This document shows, piece after piece, positions 25,136 to 36,497 of a stretch of DNA of 64,000 bases. The notes beneath the pieces were generated by a model, which was given only the letters and a program-made list of their open reading frames with translations, made no database searches and was not told the origin of the DNA. Source of the stretch: Octopus bimaculoides (Eukaryota); NCBI RefSeq assembly GCF_001194135.2, contig NC_068987.1, positions 1,341,367 to 1,405,366 on the forward strand, written 5' to 3'. Within the stretch, counting starts at the first letter, position 1; each line of letters opens with the position of its first letter. The position numbers and the translations under genes were made by a program.

Positions 25136-25745
25136 TGAAAGCCTCTCGGAAAGTTCTTAATAACCGGTTGTTCTTTACTTGGAAGCAGGCAATAACAAAT
25201 CACCAAAAGTTCCAAGTAGTGCCTTCTTCTCCTGTGACTCAAAGAGACAATACTTTCCTTAGAATGCGAGCTGTACCCAACATTGCTGCCTTTTGGATCA
25301 CCTCGAGCCTGAAAGCACCTCTAATATTCTTAATATGCTTTTCAAAGCCGTTGGAAACGGTTCCTAATGCTCCAATTACCACCGGTATCACAATTACTTT
25401 CCTCATGCCCCATAACATTTCTATCTCGTCTCGCAGTGTTTGGTATTTCTCAATCTTTCTGTTTCCTTACATTTCAACCTCGAATCGCCTGGTATTACAA
25501 CATCTATTATCTTTAATTCTTTTTCATCTTTATGGATGAGCACGATATCTGGTTGTCTCGCCTCTATGACTTGGTCGCACTGCATGTTAAAATCCCAGAG
25601 TATTTAGTAATGTTCATTTTCCTGTATTCCCTCTAACTTGTGGTCATACCATTGTTCGGATCTCTCGAGGTTTGCTTTAACGCACAACAGCCAGTGGACA
25701 TATTTGGCCTCATTGTCGTGTCTCCTTTTGTATTCGCGTTGTGCG
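25135..25745 (-). mobile_element. R4/Dong-type LINE 3' end (end of zinc knuckle, RLE domain, 3' UTR)
   Basis: FAQREYKRRHDNEAKYVHW..WYDH..ILWDFNMQCDQVIEARQPDIV..EKYQTLRDEIEMLWGMRKVIVIPVVIGALGTV..QKAAMLGTARILRKVLSL*, with frameshifts. Confidence 0.9.
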
Positions 25746-25749
25746 AATT

Positions 25750-26167
25750 ATTGTTGTTGTTGTTTTCTTATACACACAACAGAATAGACTGTTGGAAAAG
25801 AGGAAAATCCTAACATCAGCCTAAAACAAGTCACCTTAGATCCCAAGCACCTTCCTAAGTATCCTAGCTGTCCCTAATAACACTGTTTACTGCAGCTGTA
25901 CAAAACTGGGTTTTATGCCTATTTCGTCAATCCATCTGTTCAACCTTTTTAAGGATAGTTCCCATTGCACTTATAACTACTGTGATACGTTCTACCCGCA
26001 CTTCCCATAGTCTCTGTAATTCAATGGATAGGTCCTGGTACTGTGCTATCTTTGCTATACCTCTCATATTGATTTTATTATCATTTGAGACTCTAAACTC
26101 AATTATCTGGCACTTTCTATTCTCTTTATCTACTACTACGACTATACTACTACTACTACTACTACTA

Positions 26168-26238
<71 letters not shown>

Positions 26239-27500
26239 TTACTACTACTAAACCAGGCCTTCTAGCTTCTATTACTCTGTCAGTCTGAATACTCAAGTCC
26301 CACCACATATTTCTTCCTTTCGAGACTTTATTAGGTCCATGTTCATACCATTTATTAGTATGTTCAAATCCTAGCTTTGTATATAACCTCCAGTGGATTA
26401 CACTCCTTGAGTTGTAATGTGTTTTCTTGTGTTCTTTCTGGGCCAGCAGGATACATTCACTTATTATATGAGTAACTCTTTGCTCTTTTGATTTGCATAG
26501 CCTACATTCGAAATCCACTTGATTTTTGTCTAACTTGGCGGTTCTGCAACCCTTTTCAGCCTTCCTTTCTGCAACCATAACCATGTCTCACTCCTACTAT
26601 TTGCTGCAACTATCTTTGGAAATCTACTCCTGCCAGTCAGATAACTTCTGTCCATTTCTCTGGTTTTAACTTCGTTTGGGTTTTTGGTTCCCCCTATGTC
26701 TAGCTGTGACTCTAACAGTTTTTAATAAACTTTCTTCACTATTACCTACAAAGGAGTTTATATCTATTATAGCTAACTCCACGCAGTTTTCTACTGATAT
26801 TAACCCTCTTCTGCCTTCCTTTCTAGGTAGGTACAATCTTGCAACTCCTGCCCTTTGGTGGAGTCCTCCATTCATATTGAATTCCTTCCTAGTTTTTCTG
26901 TATAGCTTTGCTAATTCAGTTTTTGTCAAATCTACAAAAGCTACTGAGCATCTAAGTAATGAAACTGCCCAAGTAATTACAGCCTTCACTAGATCCGGGC
27001 CATTTAGCTTTGTTTTTATTAGCTTCCTCACCCTTCTCTCAATTTTCCATTTCATCTCTATAGTTAGTGCTCTGTCAGGTTCCAATACTCCTAGATACTT
27101 ATAATTCTTTCCTCCTTTCCATTATTTTAATGCCTGGCCATCTGGTAATTGGATGCCTTCGCTGTTGACTACCTGTCCCCTTCTCATGACTAATATTGCA
27201 CACTTATCAATGCCAAATTCCCTGCCTGTATCTTTACTGAAGAGTCTTACAGTCTGTATTAAGGGATCTATCGTTTTTTTCATTCTTATTAAAAAACTTC
27301 AGATCATCCATGTAGAGCAAATTCTTAATCTTTCCCTTACTATTTCTGAACTGATATCCCTCATTTCAGTATTAAGGCAGGCAAATATTAAAGGGGACAA
27401 CGAGTCCCACTAGAAAATTCTTCTTTTGATATCAACATTCCCTCAGAGTATGCCACCTGAGTAAAAATCTATTTTCCATTTCTTCATGCTAAAACTAATT
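25750..27500 (-). mobile_element. R4/Dong-type LINE, 5'-truncated (RT, CCHC knuckle, RLE, 3' UTR)
   Basis: DSLSPLIF and LYMDDLK (RT catalytic motif), FGIDKCA, RLYLPRKEGRRGL, CRLCKSKEQRVTHIISEC, WDLSIQTDRVIEARRPGLVVV, then after a microsatellite VDKENRKCQII..YQDLSIELQRLW..LLGTARILRKVLGI* and an (AAC)n tail. Confidence 0.92.
26131..26248. repeat. (TAC)n/(GTA)n microsatellite inside the LINE RLE coding region
   Basis: 118 bp between the Leu codon (26249-26251) and the Asp codon (26128-26130) of ...RRPGL-VVV-DKEN. Confidence 0.95.
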
Positions 27501-28695
27501 ATTTCTCTTACGTTACCTATTATTATTGTTGACTGAGAGAGCAGGGAACGCCACCAAAATGATCCTGGGGTAAGATATACGAAGGGCAATATATCCATTA
27601 TGATTACACGTCCGATAAGTGTACACCAATCACATGTATCACAACCACATGTGCGCGACATGGTGGTCTCATATCAAGATAAACAGCGCATGACCTTGCA
27701 GCTGTGGCCCAGTTAAAATGTTCTTCAGGTCGAGTAGCACATCTCGCTCAAAAGGCCTCAGAATAAAGCTTGTTTAAGGAGTATGAACAAAACACCTATG
27801 TTTCCTGTGGTGAATTATTCAAATCCCAAAGAATTCCTCTTTGCACATGGCTGTGATGCTCTCCCACTACTTCTGCTCGTGATCAGAGAAGCACATACCA
27901 TCCTCGTGGTGGGGGCATGCTTAACAGGTTAAGGACAAGCAACTGACAAGGAAATCTGAGGTACTGAGCAGAATATTTGCTGTGTCCTATCTTTTATACC
28001 AAGACAAAACGTGTACATGGTAGCACTTCCAATTAGTTATGATCGGAAGCCATCAGAGCCACTGCCTGGTATTATTATTGCTGCAAGCTGGGAGAGATTA
28101 TTATTGTTATTAGTATTTCTCTTCCACATAATTGAACTGCTATTAAAAAAAATGTTTTTCATTTCCTTCTTGTCTTCCGTCTTTCTCTCTTTCTCATATT
28201 CTTTACCGTTTTTCCCCCCAAATAAAATTTTCTTTGAACAAAGAAAATGGCGAAAACCTAATAGTAATCTCAGCATTTCAGCAGCATCGAAAGACTTCTA
28301 AAAATTATTGCATTTTGTTGTCTTGTGAGGTTACATCGTTCTGCCATCAACTTTCATCAAATGATGCCAGTTACCAATTTATATTCGGATTCACGTGACT
28401 TTGGAACAATCAGGTACATTGTCAGGAAAGTGGTAATTCCTGTTCTAGAGGCCAGAGTCAAGAGAGCAGTAAGGTATGCAATTTTCGAATCTGATTCTAA
28501 TGTCACCATTCCACTGTATTCTGGCAGAATGATTGTGACAGTTGGAAGAAGATTCGGTAATACATCGTGTTGGTGGAATTGGTAAGAGGCAGCAATTAAT
28601 CAGATGTTACGTTTGATGTTCTTTCAATTCAAAAAACATGACTGAGATTTCTACAAAAAAGTTGACTGCATCCACAGTAAATACTGTGAAGGAGA

Positions 28696-28738
<43 letters not shown>

Positions 28739-28766
28739 TGTGTGTGTGTGTGCGTATGTAAATGTG

Positions 28767-28809
<43 letters not shown>

Positions 28810-28920
28810 ATTTGGGGATGGTCATATTGCCAGTTTAGCCAATAAAAACACGCGCACTGTATATTTGGTGTTAATTTGCTTCAGCTTTATATTATATTAC
28901 ATTACATTACATTAATCATA

Positions 28921-28970
28921 TTTCGGCGAGAGTTTTTTCGTCACACTTCTGTGACCTCATCAGTAGTCCC
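28921..28970 (-). ncRNA. Partial hammerhead-ribozyme-like motif
   Basis: GGGACUA CUGAUGA G GUCACA-GAAG-UGUGAC GAAA: the core boxes and stem II are intact, but stems I and III cannot be closed. Confidence 0.3.
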
Positions 28971-29319
28971 TTGCTTTCTTGTTTCTTATATGCGTGTCCC
29001 TCCTTGCTAATGATCAACCATTTTGTATTTTGTATTCCTATTGTATGTGTCTACTCATGCGTATCGCTCTATGTGAGTGTATGTTTTGCACACAGCAGAC
29101 CCCTTTTCACCATAGCTGAAATCGTACAAAAGGCGACAAATCTCAGAAAAGGCATTTTTTTTTATATCACCACTTACCTTACCAAAACATATACCTCCAG
29201 CATTAAAGTGGCCAAGTTCTTCCAGCCAGCATGTGAGATGTGCCGTCTGTATTGCTAAGCTGTGTATATATATATATATGTGACACCGAGAAAAACAGAG
29301 ATTATGTAATGATTTTCAT

Positions 29320-29384
29320 AAGCTTACAGATGTTTCCGCTATAAGATATATCTGGATGACATCATATAGCTTCATCAGTGCCTT
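29320..29384 (-). ncRNA. Minimal type I hammerhead-ribozyme-like motif
   Basis: AAGGCA CUGAUGA A GCUAUA...UAUAGC G GAAA CA-UC-UG U A AGCUU. Deviations: an extra G before GAAA and an A.A mismatch at the first stem I pair. Confidence 0.45.
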
Positions 29385-30401
29385 GAATATGAAGTGTACT
29401 TTGTTTGGGAAAATTACATTTACAGAACATAGAGGTGTTACGAGTTTTCCGTGTCATCTCTTTGTTTATATATATATATATGTGTGTGTGTGTGTAAGCT
29501 TACAGCGATCGCCTTGCAAAGTCTAAGGAAAATAATGGTGGTATCTAATATAGTTCTTAAATTTGATAGAAGCAGTGAGGCTAATTCGCTGCTGTAATGG
29601 TATCACAGTCGCATTAAGAAAGGGAAGTGAGTTCGAGTCCCACGCGGATGAGAAAGCTTACTTTTTTTTCTTCTCTCGAGGGGAATCTATGCCCTATTAT
29701 AAGAGTATTTTTCTTATATATATATATATGAGAGAGAGAGAGAAAGTGAGTCAGGCAAATAGAAACTGAGCCGTCTGTTTGTATTTTTGTACATCTGTGT
29801 ATATCATAAAGGCTGTTCAATAGCGTGAAGAGCGTTTAATAATATGCTAAGTTCGATATCGTCTTTTATGGGAATATCGAGATAAACAATAATAAATGGG
29901 AACTATATTAAAGAATAATGATGTGGAACATAATAACAATAAACTGCGAAGAATTCTTTGACTGTAAAACTTTATATAATTCAAAGAGGATTCATTGTAG
30001 AAAGAATTACTTAGAACGATGTGAAAGGGGAGTAATGGGCAAAAGGTTATTCAAGGAAATAGTTTTTTGTATTCTTTGGCATCCCCACCACATCTTTTTT
30101 CTTGTATACAGAAAACCTACGACAAGTTTACCCTACGGATCCCTATCTGAGACGGTAGATGATGATTTGAGAGATTTTCGCTACTATTTCCAGCAGATTT
30201 AGACTGGTGTTATGTAGCTTTAACTAAAAGTGCTGCCAAAAGTCCAGAGACAGAGGGCCAATATTGTAACCAACAACATATTCCAGTAAAGAAAGCCATG
30301 CGCTCCACTGTACTACAACTTCATGTATGTATATCTATAGGAGGAACTATCTGTCTGTGTAACTGCTTCTCTCTCTCTCTCTCTATATATATATGTGTGT
30401 G

Positions 30402-30436
<35 letters not shown>

Positions 30437-30606
30437 CTATCGATCTATCTATCTACACATCTATTTATGCATCTCTATATCTCTCAATATAACTATCTAT
30501 TTGTCTGTCTGTATGTATGTGCCTCTGTCATTCTGTCAGTCTATCTTTCTGTCGGTCAATATCTCTTTTTTTCATTTGCATAAGTGTATACCAACAAATA
30601 TCTATG

Positions 30607-30735
<129 letters not shown>

Positions 30736-30829
30736 GTGTGTCTATATTACTGCATAAGGACAAATGCACACAAACATGTGTACACATATGTGTGTGTGTA
30801 TATATCTATACACACACAGATATGTATAC

Positions 30830-30865
<36 letters not shown>

Positions 30866-31384
30866 ATATATGTATGTATGTGTGTGTGTGTGTAGCTGTT
30901 TGTCTAAAATCACACAAATAACACGAGTAAAATCTCAGGCGAAAAGGAGGCTAACGAAATACCACGTGGAATTAGACAGATGAAAGGGGCATGTATGAAA
31001 TGTGTAGACATACAAAGAGAAAACGGCAAACAAAGATTGGATAATGAAGTACAATGCATCAACGTAAGAAACAAGAGAGAATTTGAGGTTTTGGGTGATT
31101 AACCTTTATCAAAGACAAGAAAGAGAATAGAAAGAGGAATGGAGAGGCAACAGAATTACTAAGAAATGAACGATAACAAGAAACATGTCTGCTCTCAAAT
31201 ACACAGGCCCACACAGGGATATGCACGCACACACACAGAGCTGCCTATCCGGATCCTGTGGTGCGACTGAGATATGGTAGTGTGATGTTGAAGAGAGAGA
31301 GAGGTGAGGAGGGGCACTGAAATATCACTTGGCTGGATCTGTTATCAGCTGAGAAAAGGGATCGACACAACCCGGTCAATATCG

Positions 31385-31660
31385 CTCGGCATTGTGTCAG
31401 TTACGACGACACGTTTTTTCCAGTTGATTCGCGTCAACAGAAGATTCTTCTCGTGAAATTAACGCACAAGTGGCTGAGTTCTCCACAAACATGCGTACTC
31501 TTCATGGAGATTCAGCGTGATACACCAAATGCGACGCTGATGACCCCTTGAACTCATTTTTTGCCGATTGGATGGAGTGGACATGAAATAAAATGTCTTG
31601 CCACTACGATTTGTACTAGCATGTAACCGAATACCCACGCCCCGCCATGCTGCGTGCCTT
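31385..31660 (-). mobile_element. SINE family C copy (degenerate)
   Basis: cagttacgacgac..ctcgtgaaattaacgcacaagtggctgag..gagattcagcgtga..tgaaataaaatgtcttgcc is collinear with 11817-12140. Confidence 0.7.
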
Positions 31661-31663
31661 CAT

Positions 31664-31716
<53 letters not shown>

Positions 31717-32699
31717 GGGACTAGGTACTCTAATCGTGAAAGAAGTGATGGCCATGGCTGGAACAACATTAACCAGATGTCTACTGGATCAAAGCAGACA
31801 TTGGCCTAAACAAAAACCAAAGTATATTGTGCTTGATATGTTATAATATTCGTCAGACATTGGCGCTATTTAAATAATTTTAAAGAGATTTCTATCTCAT
31901 ATTAATTGATATTACATTCCTCTTTATCTTCAACATAATCATCTCGCTAACTAGTGCTACTAACAATCGCATTTTACTAGCGTACACACACACACGAACA
32001 CACACACAGACGCACACACACACACAAATACACGTCACTTAACAGGAAATTACATTATGGAAACAGAGGAGACAGATATATTTACATATGTGTGTGTATG
32101 TCTCCGTGAATCAGTTTATATGAATATATTTTTCTATGTACTCAATCATATATTATGGCTTTACATTAAAAGCTTCAAATGTAAATTATATTCTTATTAT
32201 TAAGCAAAATATGTTAGTTTCTCTGTGAAAGTTCAACGAAGTGATTTCACCACAACTTTTTATATTCTTTAGCCAGGAGAAATGAGTTCGATTTTGCAAG
32301 TGGGGTTCATAATGCCTACTCAAGTTTTTACCAAACTTGGTCTGCTGACTTAATGTAATGCAGAAGCAGCATATCTCAAATGTGAGCTTTCCTGTTTAAG
32401 TAATTCAAGAGTTATAGAGGTCTTAATTTGTTACCACTTCGGCCCTACTTTAGGAAATATCCTCTTCCTCTCCTTTTTATTTCTGTGACACTAAAAACTC
32501 TGACGATATTAACTGCTTTATCAGAATAGTAGGCTTATCAAACCAGTGTATCTAAAATAATGTCTCATAAGAGAAGTGCTTGTGTCACTCAAGGAAACCA
32601 AAAAATCTGGACGAAGAATCTCGTGCAATTTCAAGACTCTCATAGGAAAAGAAGACCTGGTCCTCTAGAAGAGCATTCTTTGGAAAACAACAGCAGGGT

Positions 32700-33730
32700 A
32701 CCAATGAAACATTAAATTGTCGGTCGCTACCTTTTTCGTGGAGGTACCATCAAAGGAAGGGAAGAAAGAACAAAGGAAATTAATTTCGAAAGAAGTAACT
32801 TTTTTATGGCAAAAGAAATTAAATTTCCCATATTTATCAATTCTTCAAAATGTAGAAAAAGTAGAAAAAGTGCTGAATACATACGATAATTGTGTAAAAC
32901 GCGGAAAATACGATTCGTTGAAAGAAATTTTTAACATCCCAAAGGAAAACGATGAATGGCTGTGCAGTGGAGATGGAGGGTTAGGGTTAGGGTTAGGGTT
33001 AGGGTTAGGGTTAGGGTTAGTTTCAAATTGAAAGCAAGGGACAGGTTGGGTATGCAACTGGAAAGGCAGAGAGTTCCAAAACTATCCGCCCATCCAAAAG
33101 AAGAAAAGTATTCTTAATGCCAACTTCAACCAGAGCAACTCCAGTGGCATTGTCAACGTCTGAAGCAGAGACGGAAAGTGAATATCCAGAGTCCGAAAAA
33201 TCAAATGAAGAATCCACACAAACAAGGAGGAAGTATAGCAAACTAATTGCAATCAAGTTAGTAATATCTTCCAAGCTTTCAACTCCAAAAGCAACAATAG
33301 TTTGTTGATAATTATCTCAAGATGGAATCAATGTCGAGATTCCTTCACAATTTGGTATTTACAAATCGACTATCAAAGAAGCTGTTAAACTAAAAAAGAA
33401 AATGAAGAAAACACTACATTTAGAAAACTGGTCATTGCATTTTGGTGGTAAAGATATTGATGATTAAGAATACAAGTGCTAGTTTTAAAGAATGAACAGT
33501 TAAGTTATAAGCATTCGTATTACCAAAGGAAAATGCCGATTCTGTTGTGAAAGGAATAACAGCTGTTTTGGATGAAGACAATTTATGGAACTGTGTAAAG
33601 ATGATTGTCACTGATACAACGTGTGGACACTGGGGAAAGAAATGGCATTGTCATTCAACTGCAAAACTGTTTGCTCAAAAGGGTTTTGATGAACCGCAAT
33701 TTATTGTCAGCATCATATCCTTGATATAGT
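32700..33730 (+). mobile_element. hATm-like DDE transposase remnant
   Basis: LWQKKLNFP..FNI..EWLC, FQIESKGQVGYATGK, WSLHFGGK (HWDGK/HFDGK-type first Asp motif), SVVKGITAVLDE.NLWNCVKMIVTDTT, and a frameshifted (C)QHHILD CxxH motif. Confidence 0.65.
32978..33020 (+). repeat. Interstitial telomeric repeat (TTAGGG)6+
   Basis: ggg(ttaggg)x6 ttag, perfect units. Confidence 0.95.
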
Positions 33731-33739
33731 TCTTCGTAA

Positions 33740-33870
33740 GTTGGCAGAATCGTTAGCACGCCGGACGAAATACTTAGCGGTATTTCGTCTGCCATTACGT
33801 TCTCAGTTCAAATTCTGCCGAAGTCAACTTTGCCTTTCATCCTTTCGGGATCGTTAAATAATTACCAGTT
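33740..33870 (+). mobile_element. SINE family A copy
   Basis: ttggcagaatcgttagcacgccggacgaaatacttagcggtatttcgtctg..cagttcaaattctgccgaagtcaactttgcctttcatcctttcggga; it lies where the hATm-like remnant ends. Confidence 0.85.
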
Positions 33871-35797
33871 ACTATGAATATAATATATAACATAACATAA
33901 TATTATATAGCATAAATCATTTTAAAAAACCATAAAAGGCCAACAAATTGTTTCGGTTTATATATATTTTTTCTGATATACATAATCACAGTTCCATTAT
34001 ACAAAAAGTCACTTCAGGTCAAGGTTTTGAAAAAGACGAAATTCCGTTTGAAAGGACGGCTGGATTTGTTGGCCTTTGTGTGTTTTTATAGTTATTTGTT
34101 ATGTAATATTATGTTATGTNNNNNNNNNNNNNNNNNNNNNNNNNNNNNNNNNNNNNNNNNNNNNNNNNNNNNNNNNNNNNNNNNNNNNNNNNNNNNNNNN
34201 NNNNNNNNNNNNNNNNNNNNNNNNNNNNNNNNNNNNNNNNNNNNNNNNNNNNNNNNNNNNNNNNNNNNNNNNNNNNNNNNNNNNNNNNNNNNNNNNNNNN
34301 NNNNNNNNNNNNNNNNNNNNNNNNNNNNNNNNNNNNNNNNNNNNNNNNNNNNNNNNNNNNNNNNNNNNNNNNNNNNNNNNNNNNNNNNNNNNNNNNNNNN
34401 NNNNNNNNNNNNNNNNNNNNNNNNNNNNNNNNNNNNNNNNNNNNNNNNNNTATATATATATATATGTACACCAAGGCTAATTTATGTGAAGGAAATGAGA
34501 AAAGAATTTAGGAAAACACACCCTGTATATGTAGCATAGGCTATGCTTTTACTGAAACTGGAATTGTAAGTTTGGATCGTGTTGTGTTCCTCGTTTCACG
34601 CTACTGCAAACTTCAGGCGAAACATAGCATTTAATGACTCTGTTTCTCCGAGTAAAACGATAAAAATTTTGATTATGAACTAACGCATATTTTTGCTTGT
34701 TTTCTTTTGTTTTGTATTTTATGATTTTGTTCCTCGTCATGTGTGTGTGTACGTGTGTGTATGTACTATACATGAGAACAAATCTTTCGTAAACATAACA
34801 TACATACAAGAAATATGCACCTCTTATCCACGTTTGTTTTAATATATATTTCACACTGTTTCATTTCGTGTTATTCGCAGTAGCCTTGGAGATTTTCTTT
34901 TCTAAACTAACACTAGAACACTGTAAAGATCACTGGAAAGATTATCTTTATATATGGCGAGGGAGCGACAAAGCACGCTGCCAACCAAAACCAAAAACAC
35001 AAACAAAATGACATAACGAAAATATAAATATAAAACCAAGCCATATATATATAATCAATATTAGCAATTGTTAATCACGAAAGACAAAACCGAACGCTAA
35101 CAAATAACATACAACATAAAATACTCTGCGAAGAAATTAATAAATAATTTCAAATATTAGCTTGCTAAAATATTTTCATAGGTAAAACTGCACAGAATCA
35201 TTGCTTTAGACAAACGATACGAGACTCATTTCCACAACATCTTCATATATTTGTTTGCTTTTGTTTTTGTTTTTTTTTTCTTTTTTTTTTCATCATTCTC
35301 TGAAGGCCAATATCAGGTTTATTATGTTTTGTTTTTATTTTGTTGTTTCTACTGCTAACATCCACATCCGATTCTCACAATCTCCACCACAACCCACCAT
35401 CATAACCACCCTCCTTTTTCACTTCCACCACCTCCTCCTCCTCATCTTCTTCTTTCTTCTTCTTCTCCTCCTTCACATCGTCATCATCATCGTCATCACC
35501 AACCACAACGCCTCAGTTTCGTCATGACTATATATTTATGCGTTTCCGTTCTGGTTTCATTAAACCTCGAACAAGAACAAAGAACTAGTTTTTATTCTCA
35601 ACGCAATTACAATTACGATCAGAATTACAACAGACTTCTTTGTCATGTTTTCTGTTTTATCATACGAACATACGTGCATATATAACTTTCATGTATATAT
35701 ATATATATATATCAATGTGTGTGTGTATTATTATGTGTGTGCGTATAAATATTAATATATGTGTGTTTATATGTATATATCGATATACATGTGTGGG

Positions 35798-35862
<65 letters not shown>

Positions 35863-36303
35863 TAGGCAGATAGATAGATAGACAGACAGACAGACACAGA
35901 GATATACCCACAGACACAAAGGCAGTGACAAACAAATATTAGAATGAATATTTGTTGAAGGTTAATGTGTATGCGTACCTTACATGTTTATAAGTTACGA
36001 ATAAAATTGAGCATAGATATAAGTATAATAACTGAAATATTATGCTTAAAATAATTAATAATGCATCCATTTCGGATTGCGACACTCCTAAATATGTAGA
36101 GAACGACTGGACCCAAAATATCGTTGCACTGTCTCTTCGACAGGATTTATTAAATTCGAAATTTATGTTTGCGTTTGTCAAAAGTCTTTCTATGTGTGCC
36201 TACCATCTGATTTAAGAAGTGCCTAGGGAGAGTGATTTTCTCAAATAATATGTAGTACATTATTTTCATTTGACGGATATTTGTCCTCATCTTGTTTGTT
36301 TTT

Positions 36304-36349
36304 AACACAACATTTCGGCTGATATACCCATCAGCCTTCATCAGGTGTC
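36304..36349 (-). ncRNA. Minimal type I hammerhead ribozyme (Penelope-type)
   Basis: GACAC CUGAUGA A GGCUGAU-GGGUAU-AUCAGCC GAAA UG U U GUGUU: complete core, 7-bp stem II, 5-bp stem I, vestigial stem III AUGU, GUU cleavage triplet. Confidence 0.7.
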
Positions 36350-36424
36350 TTGGGGAAATTTCGAATCCGGGTTCTCATTCCTAGAGTATTTTTCAATGTT
36401 TTTGTTGTTATTATTATTATTATT

Positions 36425-36497
36425 CAGGTCACTGTCTGGAATCGAACTTGGAATTTTGGGGTTAGTAGCCCACGCTCTTAACCACTACGCCATATGC
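36425..36497 (-). mobile_element. tRNA-derived SINE head
   Basis: Minus strand gcatatggcgtagtggttaagagcgtgggctactaacccc..aagttcgattccagac carries A and B boxes. Confidence 0.65.

Noticed and set aside
25135-27413. Plus-strand ORFs of 86-142 aa
   Set aside because: They are antisense shadows of the minus-strand LINE coding sequence.
29585-29650. tRNA-like sequence (gtaatggt...gttcgagtccc)
   Set aside because: No cloverleaf can be formed; at best a decayed SINE head or tRNA pseudogene.
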